DNA of 64,000 nucleotides, from assembly GCA_028534125.1 (NCBI GenBank), contig CM052817.1:1-64000 (forward strand). Direction: 5' to 3'. The stretch's first letter is position 1; each line of letters begins with the position of its first letter. Positions 1 to 11,980 of the stretch are shown here, piece after piece. The stretch is from Lama glama. Taxonomy: Eukaryota. Position numbers and translations under genes: made by a program. Under the pieces are notes generated by a model, which saw nothing but the letters and a program-made list of their open reading frames with translations, was not told the DNA's origin and ran no database searches.

Positions 1-1714
1 TTGTCTGGACTGCCTGCAAGCCCCAACCCCCTTTGTGGTTGTTTTTCTACCCTTTCTTCTGACCCGGGAGTCCCATGCCTGGGAAGGCAGCTTTGCTTCT
101 CCACTTTGGGCACCACTGGTTTCTGGAACTCTGCTGAGGCCTGCCTTCCGTTTGCCCCTGACACTGAAGCTAGAGCGCTGCCCAGAGAGGGAGGTGCGTC
201 TGGCTCTGTGAGCACCCTCTCGGCGGACGCCCAGAGGGCTGGGTGGGCAGGGCTTGGTCTGTGTCATCAGTTTGCTGGCATTTTTCCTCATTTCATGGAG
301 TTTATTCTCATGATCGTGGCTGTCTCATTAGATATCCAGTTGCACTGTTGTTACCTCGCAGTGAGGAGAAACCTGGGGAAGGGATAACCTTGTCCTGAGA
401 TGATGGAAGTGGGCAGTTTGAAAAAGAAAATGGCCAGCATCTGGGATCCTGGGCCTTGGTATTGCAGAAGAGGCGCATCCACGTTTCTCACATTCTCTCA
501 GCTTGACTGCTTGTGCTGAGGTTCTGAGGCTGGGGAAACAGGATGCACAGTTTGACCTGCTGGCTCTTTCTCAGTCCCACCAGTGTCCTAACAAGGACCA
601 GTCCAAATTAGCGCCAGAGAGTGTCAAACTCAGAGATATATGTCCAAAAATTATCTTCTTTTTTACATTAGCTCCACAGCTTCATTCACTGCTGATCACC
701 AGTGCCTGGCACACAGAGGGCACTGAATACACTTTAAAAAACAATGAATGAGTGAATGAATGAATGAACAAATGAGTCAATGAGAAAGTCTCACACCATG
801 AAAGGTGCCAGGCCAGTGAGCTGCATGTGGGGCTGAATATAAATATCTTCCATCCATGGCTTTTCTGTTCTCAAGCTGCCCATCTGAGGCAGGAGCCCAG
901 TTTGCATATCTGGGCAGTCTGGGACATGCCATGGTCAAGTTGTAACATCCTCTGTTTCCCCCCCTCTGGAGGGAGATATGCCTTCTAATAGTACCCTTTT
1001 GCCAATAATCCTCAGTTCTGTTCTTCAGAGGACACTAGAAACTAAAACCACCAAGTAATGAGATAGTACATTATGTAACAGTACAGCCATCCTTCAGTTC
1101 AGGAGCAATAATCTCTGGTGACGACTAACTTGTGTTAAAATACAACGAATGGAAGGAAATGGTGCTAGAACTAATGACACCTGTTACTAACCTGTCCTCG
1201 GCTCCTAGGTTGGCATACAGCTGGCCAAAATGCTATTACCTCTCACTCCCAAGCCTGTGGCTATGAACTAACTGAGCCCAGATGTTCCTTCTGGATCCGT
1301 CTAACCCCGGAGCCGCAGGTACCACTAATACTGTAAGATTGGAAGCCATCACTACATGACACCTGTTTGCTCCCTCTGCTGTTCTCCCAGCAGCCGTTCC
1401 CAATTCTCGTTCCTTGACTGCTGTGTACATATGTGGATGTTCTGCACTCCATGACTCTAAAAGGAATTTTAAAGACTGATTTTTTGGTAAACCTTTGATT
1501 GGAGATTTTGTATTAGCTGTAAGAGAATGCATCTCATTAGATTTTCTTATTCTGTACAAGAATGTGAACAGATTCATATGTTGTCATTAGAAGTATGAAT
1601 GGTGTTTCTTTCTGAATTTGTTTACCTTTAAAGAAGGGTTTTATTTTATTGTTTTTCTTTGTCACTTCATGACTATTCCAGATTTGGGGGGCAAAAAATA
1701 ATCTTTTAAAGTGC

Positions 1715-1950
1715 ATCGGCTGTGAGTATGGGGTTTGCATGTGGGAGGTGAAAATGTTCTGGAAGTAGCGAGTGGTGATGGTTGCACAACATCATGAACA
1801 CACTTAATGCCTCTGAATTGTACACTTTAAAATGATTAGAATGGTGAAATCGATCAATTTTCAGTTATGTAGATTTTACCACAGTTTTTACATGTGGCCC
1901 ATTTTATGGTATGTGAATTACAACTCAGTAAAGCTATTAGATAAATAAAT
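1715..1950 (+). mobile_element. Old L1 (L1M) 3' end fragment
   Basis: GAAAATGTTCTGGAA...GGTGATGGTTGCACAAC...CTGAATTGTACACTTTAAAATG. Confidence 0.75.
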
Positions 1951-2079
1951 ACAGCAAACAGTATCAGCGGTAAAACATACGTGTCGGTCATTGCCCCCCA
2001 AATACAGACTGTAACATAGGATATTGGAAGAAGCTCAAGAGAGGGTAGGAGTAAATATAAAGTGACAGTAAGGGAGTGT

Positions 2080-2600
2080 GTTGGTTCTCTACTGGTATAT
2101 AGTAGACGGCCTCAAAATGTAGCAGCTTGAAACAGTGAAGATGTCCTATGTCACACATTATATAAGACTCAGGACTTTAGGAGTGGCTTAGCTGGCTGGT
2201 TATGGCTCAGGGTCTCTCATAAGATTGTAGTTAAGTAATTGGCCAGGGCTACAGACATCTGAAGGCTTGACTGGGTTTGGAGGACCCACTTCCAAGATGA
2301 CTCACTCACAAGGCTCTTGGCTGGAGGCCTCAGTTCCTTGCCCTGTGGGCCCCTCCATGGGCTGTGTGTATAATCAAACACACCGCAGTTAACTTCCAGC
2401 AGAGCAGGTATTCCAAGAGGGAGAAAGGCAGAGCTGTGGTACCTTTTATGACCTGGTTTTCAAAATTGTACACCGTCACTTCCACCATTTTTCACTTCCT
2501 TAAAAAGGAGTCACTGAGTCCAGCCCATACACAAGAGGAGGAGAGTTAGGCTTCACCTTGTAAAGGAACTGTTAGATTTGTGGACCTGTTTGACACCACC
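2080..2600. mobile_element. MaLR MLT1-type LTR
   Basis: GGCTTAGCTGG...GGCTCAGGGTCTCTCA...CATCTGAAGGCTTGACTGGG...CTTCCAAGATG motifs. Confidence 0.75.
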
Positions 2601-3249
2601 ACAGACAACAGGGGAGAACTGACAAACGTAGCCTCCTGGGGAATCGACTGTACAGTCAAGTCCACGTGCATTTATCAAATGCTGCTATTTGTAAAGAGAG
2701 AGTGGGAAAAGCTTCCAGCTTCGCTGTTTAGGGGTAGAGTGACCATGGAAAAATCATTTCACCCTCTGTGCCTCAGTTTATTTCCTGGTAAAGTGATGGT
2801 TGAATTAGATAATCCCTAAAGTCTCATATATGCACAGAACAGTGCCTGGCCCATAGTAGATGTTCAGTAAATGCTGGTTGATTGACTCTCAACTGACTGA
2901 ACTCCAATGCAAGGGTGTGAAATAGTACTGTGCTAAAAATAGCCTGAGATTGTACTCAATCTTTAAAGAAAATCATTCATTTTTAGAAGTATTATAACAA
3001 AAACTAATTTTTTAAGTGCTTGCTGTATGTCAGGCATTGTACTAGGTGCTCTAAAAAGGATTATCTTGTTTAATATAATTTTAAAATAACTAGAGGTAAT
3101 GTTTATAAAATCTGTTCCATCTTAATTGTAAAAGTTTTCACTTCTTACATTTTTTAAAATATCCGGTCTTTTCCCAAGCATAAAATTACTTAAATCAAGA
3201 AAATAAAAAAGAAGAAATATTTTATGTCTTTTTAAAAAGTTAATCAGAG

Positions 3250-3660
3250 AAATAATCCAAGTGTCCACCAACAAATGGATAACAAAATGTGGTATAGCCA
3301 CACAGTGGACTATTATTCAGTCATAAAAAGGAATGACGTTCTGACACAGGCTGCAACATGGGTGAACCTTGAAAACATTATGCCAAGTGAAAGAAGCCAG
3401 ATGCAAAAGGACAAATATTGTATGAGTCTGCTTTTATGTAGTATCAAGAACAGGCAAACTCATAGAGACACAAAGTACTTAAGAGGTTATGAGGGGCTGA
3501 GGGGAGGTGAAAATGAGAGTATATTCAATGGCTAGAGTTCCTTTGGGGTGATTAAAAAAAAGTTTTGGAAGTAGTGGTGATGGCTGCATAATACTGTGAA
3601 TGTAATGAATGTCACTAAACTGTATACTTAAAATTGTTCAAAATGGCAAATTTTATGTTA

Positions 3661-3692
<32 letters not shown>

Positions 3693-3700
3693 CACAATAT
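3250..3700 (+). mobile_element. L1MB-like 3' end (ORF2 tail and 3' UTR) with (TA)n
   Basis: ORF 3275-3535 reads like the L1 ORF2 tail/3' UTR (KMWYSHTVDYYS...WVNLENIMPSERSQ). Confidence 0.8.
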
Positions 3701-6700
3701 AGACAAATGGAGGTGGGGAGGGCATCAGAGAGATCCTGGACTGGGAAGTAGGGGGAAAGTAGAAATCAGCAGAGGAGTGGGTAGGTCCTCCAACCTACTT
3801 GAACCAAAGTAGCTGCACTTCATTTTATAGAGAGTACTTCCATGTAAGACAGAACTAATTTGGTGATAGAATTTAGTCCTTTCCCGGGGGGGGGGGATGC
3901 TGACTAGGGAAGGGCATACTGAAGAATTTGGGGGTTCAGAAAGTGCTCTATGTCTTTATCTGGTGTCTTTACATGGGTGTATCCATATGTAAAAATTCAC
4001 TGAGAGGTATACTTAATGCACTTTACAGTTTATATGTTATACCTAATTAAAAAGTACTTTTTAACAAAAAATATCTGCTCTCAGCGCAGAAAGAGCATGT
4101 TACCAAACTGTACTCGGAACACACAAACATTTGTTAATAAAACATTTTAAATGCTGCAAGGAGGTATGCTATTTGAAGAAAATTTTTTTGTGAATCCTTT
4201 CGAAAACACAAATTTGGGGGTTTTGTACTTACAAAACCTGAATACATCAATTTGAGTTTCCTAAACTGAGATTTTGCTACCCAGGTGTTCCTGAAGGAGT
4301 CATAGCCATATATTGGTGCTGGGGGAGGGGCACAGAGACCAGGAAATGACACAAACAAAACTGAAGGTATGGCCTCTGCCCCTAAGAGCCTTATGATTGG
4401 ATGTTGTGGTATGAATTTTTTTTCCAGCTCAACAGTATTTTAAGAACATTCCAGCCAATACTAAATGTATTGAAGTAGTAATTATCCTTCCCAATCTCCA
4501 CGTAAACTTTAAAATGTATTTTTTTTTTTTGTCCAAGCAGAGAATAGTCATCGCTTGTATGGATTGATTAATTTTCAGGCCATTGAGAGACCAGCCTGCT
4601 CACCCTGGCTGTCACCCTTACTGATCACCAAGAGCAGGTAGGTTTGACTGATGTAGAGGTAGGTACCTGCCACATCCCTTTCACTTTTAGCCCCATGGGA
4701 GCCACCTACCAGATGGCACAAAGCAGAGGAGGAGAGCAGTGCCTCATGCTGCCCTGGGCCTGACGTCAGGGCTCTGTGACCATCAGGGAACCGGAGAGAC
4801 AATTTCATTCTCAAACTAATTCACCCAAGTAACCAATCACTGAGGTTAAGATCTTTCATTTAATAAGCTTTATTATTTTTCTGACAATAGAGATAACACA
4901 TATCACTGTAAGAATTTTAGAAAATACAGAAAACACATTAAAGAAAATTAAGCAATCGATACACCACCCACCCAGAGATAGCCATCATTCACCCTTTTTA
5001 CACCCCTATAAGAGAGTATTTAAGTAACCCCCTTGGTTGGTTTCCATATCCCACTGTACCCAACTGAACCTTCATTGGAGACTCAAGATGGTAGATAAAT
5101 AAAATATCTGCTTTTGGAAATCTTAATTTTAATCCCATGAATGAAGCATAGATGATCCCAGGATTGTTACCCCAAAGGGACATAACTTCTCCCCACTCCC
5201 CTTCCCTCCCTCCCTCTCCATGAGTCTCAACAGAGGACCTGGGCACAGAGGGGCCAACCTGCTGTCAATCAAACCGGCAAATAGGCACCAGCCTCTTGTT
5301 CACACTAGCATCTTACTGAGCAGAGCAGAGGGGCTCGACATAAACATGCATGCTCCTCCTCTCGTAGGGAAACAGGAATTACTGTGCTTTTATTTACTTT
5401 AAATGAATCTTGAATTGCCCTTTTGCCAGCGTTTTGTAGCAGAGTCCATACTGGGATACGTACTGGAGGCCAGGACAGGGGCAGGAGGGGTGCATCGGAT
5501 CAGACCCCACTCCCAGGATCAGACTTAGCTACCAGGGAGCACAGATGGGAGGCCCAGCAGACTGGAGGAGGAGGTCCCAGACAGGGCAGAGAGGAGGGGG
5601 CTCAGAGTCAGCGGAAATGCCCCTTAATGCCTGGCAAAGGAATTCATTTTACCCGAATTTTTGCTTCTTGTTTTCTTACACCCGTGAGAGCAGTGAGTTC
5701 TTTCTGAACTATTTTTAAATTTGATTAGAGGATCCTCTGAATCTGTGAAGAAAGCAGCTGGTTTGGTCTGAAGACCACCCAAAAGGGTGGCTGGTTTTTC
5801 CTGGTTGTTAAACCAGGGCTTGAATCAAAGTGTTCAGATACAGGTAACAGAAATATGTGGCCTCAACATACGGGACCAGGAGACGGGCCCCTCCCGGGGG
5901 ACCTGCCTGTGTCCTGTCACTGAAGTCCTCAGAAGCTCCTTCCCCCCAAAAGTGATGTGAACTCTGCAGGACCAGGAGGATGTCCCCACAGCCCCATGCA
6001 GCTCCCCCCAGACCTCTGTGGCTCACATAGGCTGTGTTCACTGCTGGGCATCTTAATGTGGTACTTTTCTTTAAATTCACATCTTTACCAGAATAAGTAA
6101 TTTAAAGAGATGCTTCTTTTTTTTAACCACCATGGTAAGGGGAAAACTAATGGCATGGGTAGTCATAAAAATACATACAATAAATACTTCCAATAAATAA
6201 ATATGTTGCTATTAAATTGGAGCTAGGAACTGTTCGTGGCCTGGAAGGAAAGATAGAGTATTGAAGAATGAATAACCTTTTCACTAAATGATTCAATGTC
6301 ATGAGTGCCAAGGCCGTGACTCAGGCAACACTGGCTTGGAGACAAGGATCCCTGAGGGCCGGCCTGCCGTCTCTGGGGTGTGTCCAGGCCCCACGGTGGT
6401 GCTGGGTGTTTGCTCCATGGTGACTGGTAACTACTTGGTGATGTGCTACTGTCCCTTCCGTCTGCCATTTCCTCCAAGAAGAATCACAGCTGCACGTTTC
6501 TTCTAACAGTTTGTTTTGCTCGTGTGCCTGGAGACCCCAAAGCAAGGGAGGCATTTGAAATGAGTTAAATGTATAAACACAAGAAGAAACCAACATACAC
6601 ATCCTCTTTAATACCATAGGAAAATCACAGAGGATCCCACCAAAGGAAGAAGCCAGGAAAGTCAATAAATAAGTTGGAGGAGATGCAACATACAGAGATG

Positions 6701-9700
6701 AAATAAACACTGAGAGGAAGAAAAAAGAGGCAACATGGAAGTTCTTGGGCTCAGAAGTTCCCTGAGCCTCTGTTTCCAGGATTGCAATCTGTGGTCCCAG
6801 GGATCATAAAGCCACCCTCCCAGGAGACTCGGTGTCACCAATGCCTGGAAATGGCTCCTGACCTGCCTCACAGCCTGCTCAGGCCCCCTGGGTGCCCACG
6901 TGGGCCTCATCTAGGTACTGTAATTTAGCGCATCAGCTGTGTCATATCTTGCTAATTGTAGGGGCAAGGCAAGGAATTAACCTTCCTGGAACGCCAGACA
7001 CCATTTTACTTTTACAATAGCTACTTAACTCCTCGCAGTAATATCTAATCACTAGGTAAATGGTTTTGCCATTTTAGAAACCATCTTGCGTGAAGTCACA
7101 CAGCCAGTAGAGTTGGAATTGGAGCCCCCGTAGCTCTTAAAAAGCCCTGGCTCTCTACTATGTTTCCCTGCAACCTCGGGTCCTCACCTTCCCGCCCTTC
7201 CTTTGTCCTGTGCCTTTAAGGATTATTTGTAGGAAGTCCTCTTCTGACCACTCAGGACCGGGGAGGCTCTGGTGAGTGATACTTAAAGCTAGAGTTAAGC
7301 CCATCAGCCCTGCACAGGGCCTGGGGTGAGTGGAGGGCAGGGAAGCCAGTGAGGAGGCTAGCGGACCAGTTTAGTAAGAAGTGATGACAGCGAAAGAGGT
7401 ATGAGAACAGGAGGAGAAAACGCTAACTGGAGGCTTAGAAAAGGAGTTGGGATTAGCCTGGAGAGGAAGTTTATTAATGTTTTTCATATATTTCATAGGA
7501 AAAGCGCCTTCCCCTACACAAGTCCCTGAGGCTGGTTACTATCCTGTGTGTGGACGCACAGGCAAAACCAACAGCACCATGCTGATGCAGGAGGAGCAGG
7601 ACGATTTGCAGGTGGGTTCTCCAAGCACACTGCAGCTTCTGGTGCGGGTGCTGCCTGGAAAATGGAAATTCACATCCAGTCTTGTTCTATGACCCGTTAG
7701 CACCAACCAGTTTTTCACTTTTAGTTACATCAGTTACCATCTTGCCGAATTCTGGAGGAGACAATGGTTCTTACTAGCAACTTCCTAGTGGTTCTGACCG
7801 ACTACTGTCCTTTATACAAAATCAGTAGAGCCTCATTCCAGCTCTGTGTTTAGGGCTCTGAGATGAAGAGTAACAAACCCTTCAGATACATGGGATATTT
7901 TGTAAAGTTCTATCGTCATGATTTATCTTTGGGGATTGGGATGATAGAGGTAATGCGGAGGTTACCCTGTGTGTGTGGACTTTCTTACTAGGAATACTGT
8001 TTTGTGGGTATTGTTTTCTCTTTGAAAAGAGGAACAAATAATGACTACGTTTAGGTTCAGATGATATATTTTGGTTTAAAATGTTACAGAAATTAGAGGG
8101 CTCCGTACTAAGTCAATGGGGCCTGATTAGAGAAAAGCTTTGATTTCTATACTTAAACGTCGTTGCCTGAAGTCAAAAAGTTAAGCAGCTGAGCCACGAT
8201 AATTACGCCCACAACTCCTCTTAAGGGTTGGGAAGAAAAAATGTCTGTGAGAGGCAATTCCCTGCGTCTCACGCAGCAGTGGTGGGAGGTGGGGGGTGGG
8301 GTCTACCCCTGAAGGCAGGATCTGGTCTGGAGCTGCAGGAGCGCTGGGCTTCTGCTGGCTTTTTACTAAGTTATCCCCATGATCGCCCCTGCGCTGACTC
8401 ACCAGTTACCAAGCACAGCCAAGCCAAGGTGTAGCCAGTCCGTCCCCAGACCAGGAGAAAGCCTTCTTGGGGCAGGGATGGCAGGAGGGAGAAATGCCAT
8501 CACGCTCTCTTCCTGTCACTAGCATTTTACGTACAACACCAGCAGGGAGTAGAACTTGACCTTTGCTTATTATTACACAATTTAAAAATTCTTGCTGGTT
8601 GGACGGACCTTAAAATGGTCCATTATTTTGTGTTTTTTTCCATGCCAGGAGATTAGAATTTTCCAAATATTTATTGGCCCCTATGGCTCTTTGTTGAGTG
8701 GACTGATCAGCCCCCTCTCCCCTCCCCCATCTCTCCCGCCTGGGCCTAGAGGGAGGGGGAGGGGGGGGACAGGAGCCCCAGTTGAGGCTAGTGCAAGGCA
8801 CAACCAGCCTTTGTTTGGACCTGAACCGTCATCTCAGCTGAGGCTGCTGGTTTCCAGGTGGTGCCTCTCAAGTGGTCAATTGCCTCTGCTTTACATTCAG
8901 TCTTTGGACCCGCGTCAGGAGGCAGGCCAAAGTAAAGAGGTAGAGAGGGAATGGGCAAGATCCTCTTCCTTTCTCGTGGACAGAGCCAAAGTGAGACTTG
9001 TGAGCCCCCTGGGAAGGCTAATGATTTGGCACCCCTTTAAAGTAATGTTCTTTTAAGATTGGAATATTAATATTGGAATAGGAGCACTGGACGCTGGGGG
9101 GAGGGGCAGAGCTGAAGAGGGAAAGCCGCCGGCCAGTCGCTCCTCTGTGATTGAAAATTCAGTGAGTCTGGTCCAGTGGCACACCCCACTTGGCAGAGCA
9201 CAAGCCCTACGGGCCACAGACTCACCCTTCTTAGAGGCAGTTTAACAACCCCATGCCTTATGAAGCGTACGCCTTGGGGTGATCACACCCCTGTAGGCCA
9301 GATCCCACCCAGCCTCCCGCAGGAGCAGAGTTTAGATGATTACAACTCTCTCCCCCTGGCAACGGTGCTTTCACACCTTCAGGCCCTCATCCATGGGCTC
9401 GCCCATCCCTGAGTCTGGATTTATTCTGCGGGGACCCCTGAAGCCCCTTTCTTCCAAGCGAGCCTCAGTGGAGAAGGGTTGTTGCTCTCTATATATACAA
9501 CTTACTGTAGCTGAAAATTTTCATTCCACTTTTAGCCTTTCCTTTCCCGCTGTGAATCATCCCAGGGCCTTTCATCTGACTTCCTCAACTTCTGTCAGCT
9601 CTTGCAATCTGCCAGCACTCCCGTGATTCCAGCCTTAACACAGGCTAAGCCCTCTGCAGAGTTCTCTTCTCTTTCTCCTTGGCTGGACCGGCTCATCCTT

Positions 9701-11127
9701 CAGGTGTAAACTCTAAGGTCCCTTCCTCTGGGGAGGTTCCCCTCTGGCCCTGCTGACCTGGAACGGTATTCCTGACTTGCCCATCTCCTGTGAGAGAGGA
9801 CATCACACTGTATTGTTACTCATGTAAGAATCTCTATCTTCCCCACCAGGCGGAAGTCTAATGTCTGGTTTGTTTAATGGACTATCTTGGTCTCATCGAG
9901 CAGCACTTGGCACTCAGACAGGACTAGTTGAATGAACGTTCCTTGTATTGAATTCAAAGGACCTAACCACCTTCTGATTTCAGAAGGACGTTGCAGCCCC
10001 TGACTTCAAAGTCGGGCCCTTGCTCCCAACCCTTCCATCCTACCTGCTGATGGTGTTTACTCAGCCTGACAGCAGCCCCACCCTGCTGCCCGCTCTGGAG
10101 AAGTGTGTGTCTGGAAGGTTGTCTTCAAAGGATTTTGTTTGAATCAGCTGGAAGGACTTCAGCGCCTTCATCAAATCAGGCTGAACATTACACTGTCCAG
10201 ACTGCACAGGCAGGTTTTGTTTACACTGGGATCTCCTCCAAGATATCAGCTGATGGCTTCAAACACTTTTTATGGTCCACATTTGGACAAACTCAGATTT
10301 TCCTCCTTCATCTTCCAAACCCTCTCTAAGATTTTCCCCCTTCATTTGTTCAACATTTCTTGCAAATGCTTTTCCTTGTGTGACTTTCCCTGCAGAAAAC
10401 TGACGGGGTAGCTCACACTTAGTGCAGAGAAGTCTTGCCGACGCCAAGGACTGGCTGCAAAGGGCAGGTGGCATGTTTCCTGATGCTCTTTAGTTATTGA
10501 TCCATCTTTAAGAGGCTTTTCTCCTTCCACAGGGTGGGAGTGGGTGGGGACTTTTTGATGCAGATACAGTGGAGGTAAACTAGTGGTTTCCTTAAGGAAG
10601 GTGGGGTTGGAAATTTTTTTACAAGATGGGAGTTGGGATTATAGAGATCCAAGCTTAGTCACCGAGGTGCAGACTAGGATAGCATGAACCTTGGTAAGAA
10701 GTGTTAAGACATGGATGTATTTAAAACACACATATACATTTGTTGAGCACCTACTGTGTACGCCAGTGTCTGGCACCATAGGTAACAAAGATACATAAGC
10801 TGTGGTCCTTACCCTGAAGGAGCTCACAGTCTGTTAGGACGATGAAAATACAGGATGGCGAAGGCCACAAAGAGGTGAGAGCGTGGGAGCCAGGGTCAGG
10901 GAGAGCAGAACCACGTGGGTTACATGCATGTCCCCTGACCTGGCCACACTGATACTGACTGTGGCAGTGGGACCTAGAAAGCCAGTTAAAGAAAAACCTT
11001 CAAATCCCTGGAGCCCAAGATCACATCTTCATGGCCATCACGATTGTCTGGAGAGTCTCCTGTTTTTCTCTCAGCTAGACTCAAAAGCCAGGGAAATGAC
11101 CCGCATACAATACCCCAGCCCCATGTA

Positions 11128-11980
11128 TTAATTATCTATTGCTGTGTAACAAATTCCTGCAAAGTTACATCTGGAAACCAAAAAAAAATCTAGTATCTTG
11201 TGAAACAAAAACTGTTGCCCACCACTGAGGTCTCAACTAAGGGTCAAGTCACCAGCCACTGCAGCTGCTGATCGACAGTGCACTGTGAAAGGAACTCAGG
11301 ATGAGGCACTCTGCTTTGGTAAAAAGACCCCTTAGAAAGTTAGAGGGAGCTCAGGAAAACTTTTTATGTGAACCCGGATTCCTGCATCTTCCAAGACTTA
11401 GAAAAGCACTGCAACCACTCGTGGAGAGAATTCCTGGGGACTAGCAGTGACCCTCTACAGAGATGTGCACCTGAGCACACAGAGTCCTTAGCCAAAGGCA
11501 CGTGGATACTGGCCTCCCCCTGCCTCGTCAGTGCGGTTCCTCAGAGCTCTCTGAGAGACCACCTCCTGGGCTGGAGTCCTCAGTAAGACATTGAGTAACA
11601 CTGAACAACTCCCAGCGCTTACATTGTGTGTGTGTTTTTTTTCCAGTGGACAATGTGGCTGAATTCAGTCCTCCAGTTTCTGAGGGTCAGAAATCTGGGG
11701 GCATCTTGCTGGTGTGTCTCTGGCTAAGGTTTCTCATGGGGTGGCCATCTCAACTGAAGACTCGACTGAATCGGGGGTGGTAGGATTCAAGTGTGAGCGC
11801 GAGTACACAGTCATTTATAACCTAATTTCTCAGAAAGGACACCCATTACTTCTGTCATGTTCTGTTTGTTAGAAGCTAGTCACTAAACCCAGCCTGTCCT
11901 CAAAGGGAGCGGATTACTCGGGGATATGGATACGGGGGGGCAGGGGTCCCTGGGGCCATCTTAGGGGCTGCCCACCACAC
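11128..11980. mobile_element. MaLR MLT1-type LTR interrupted by a younger LTR
   Basis: TATCTATTGCTGTGTAACAAAT start, resuming with CAGTTTCTGAGGGTCAGAAATCTGGG...GGCCATCTTAGGGGCTGCCCACCACA. Confidence 0.7.
11199..11652 (+). mobile_element. Solo ERV LTR nested in the MLT1
   Basis: TG...CA termini, ~454 bp, near-identical 4-bp flanks (ATCT/ATGT). Confidence 0.65.
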
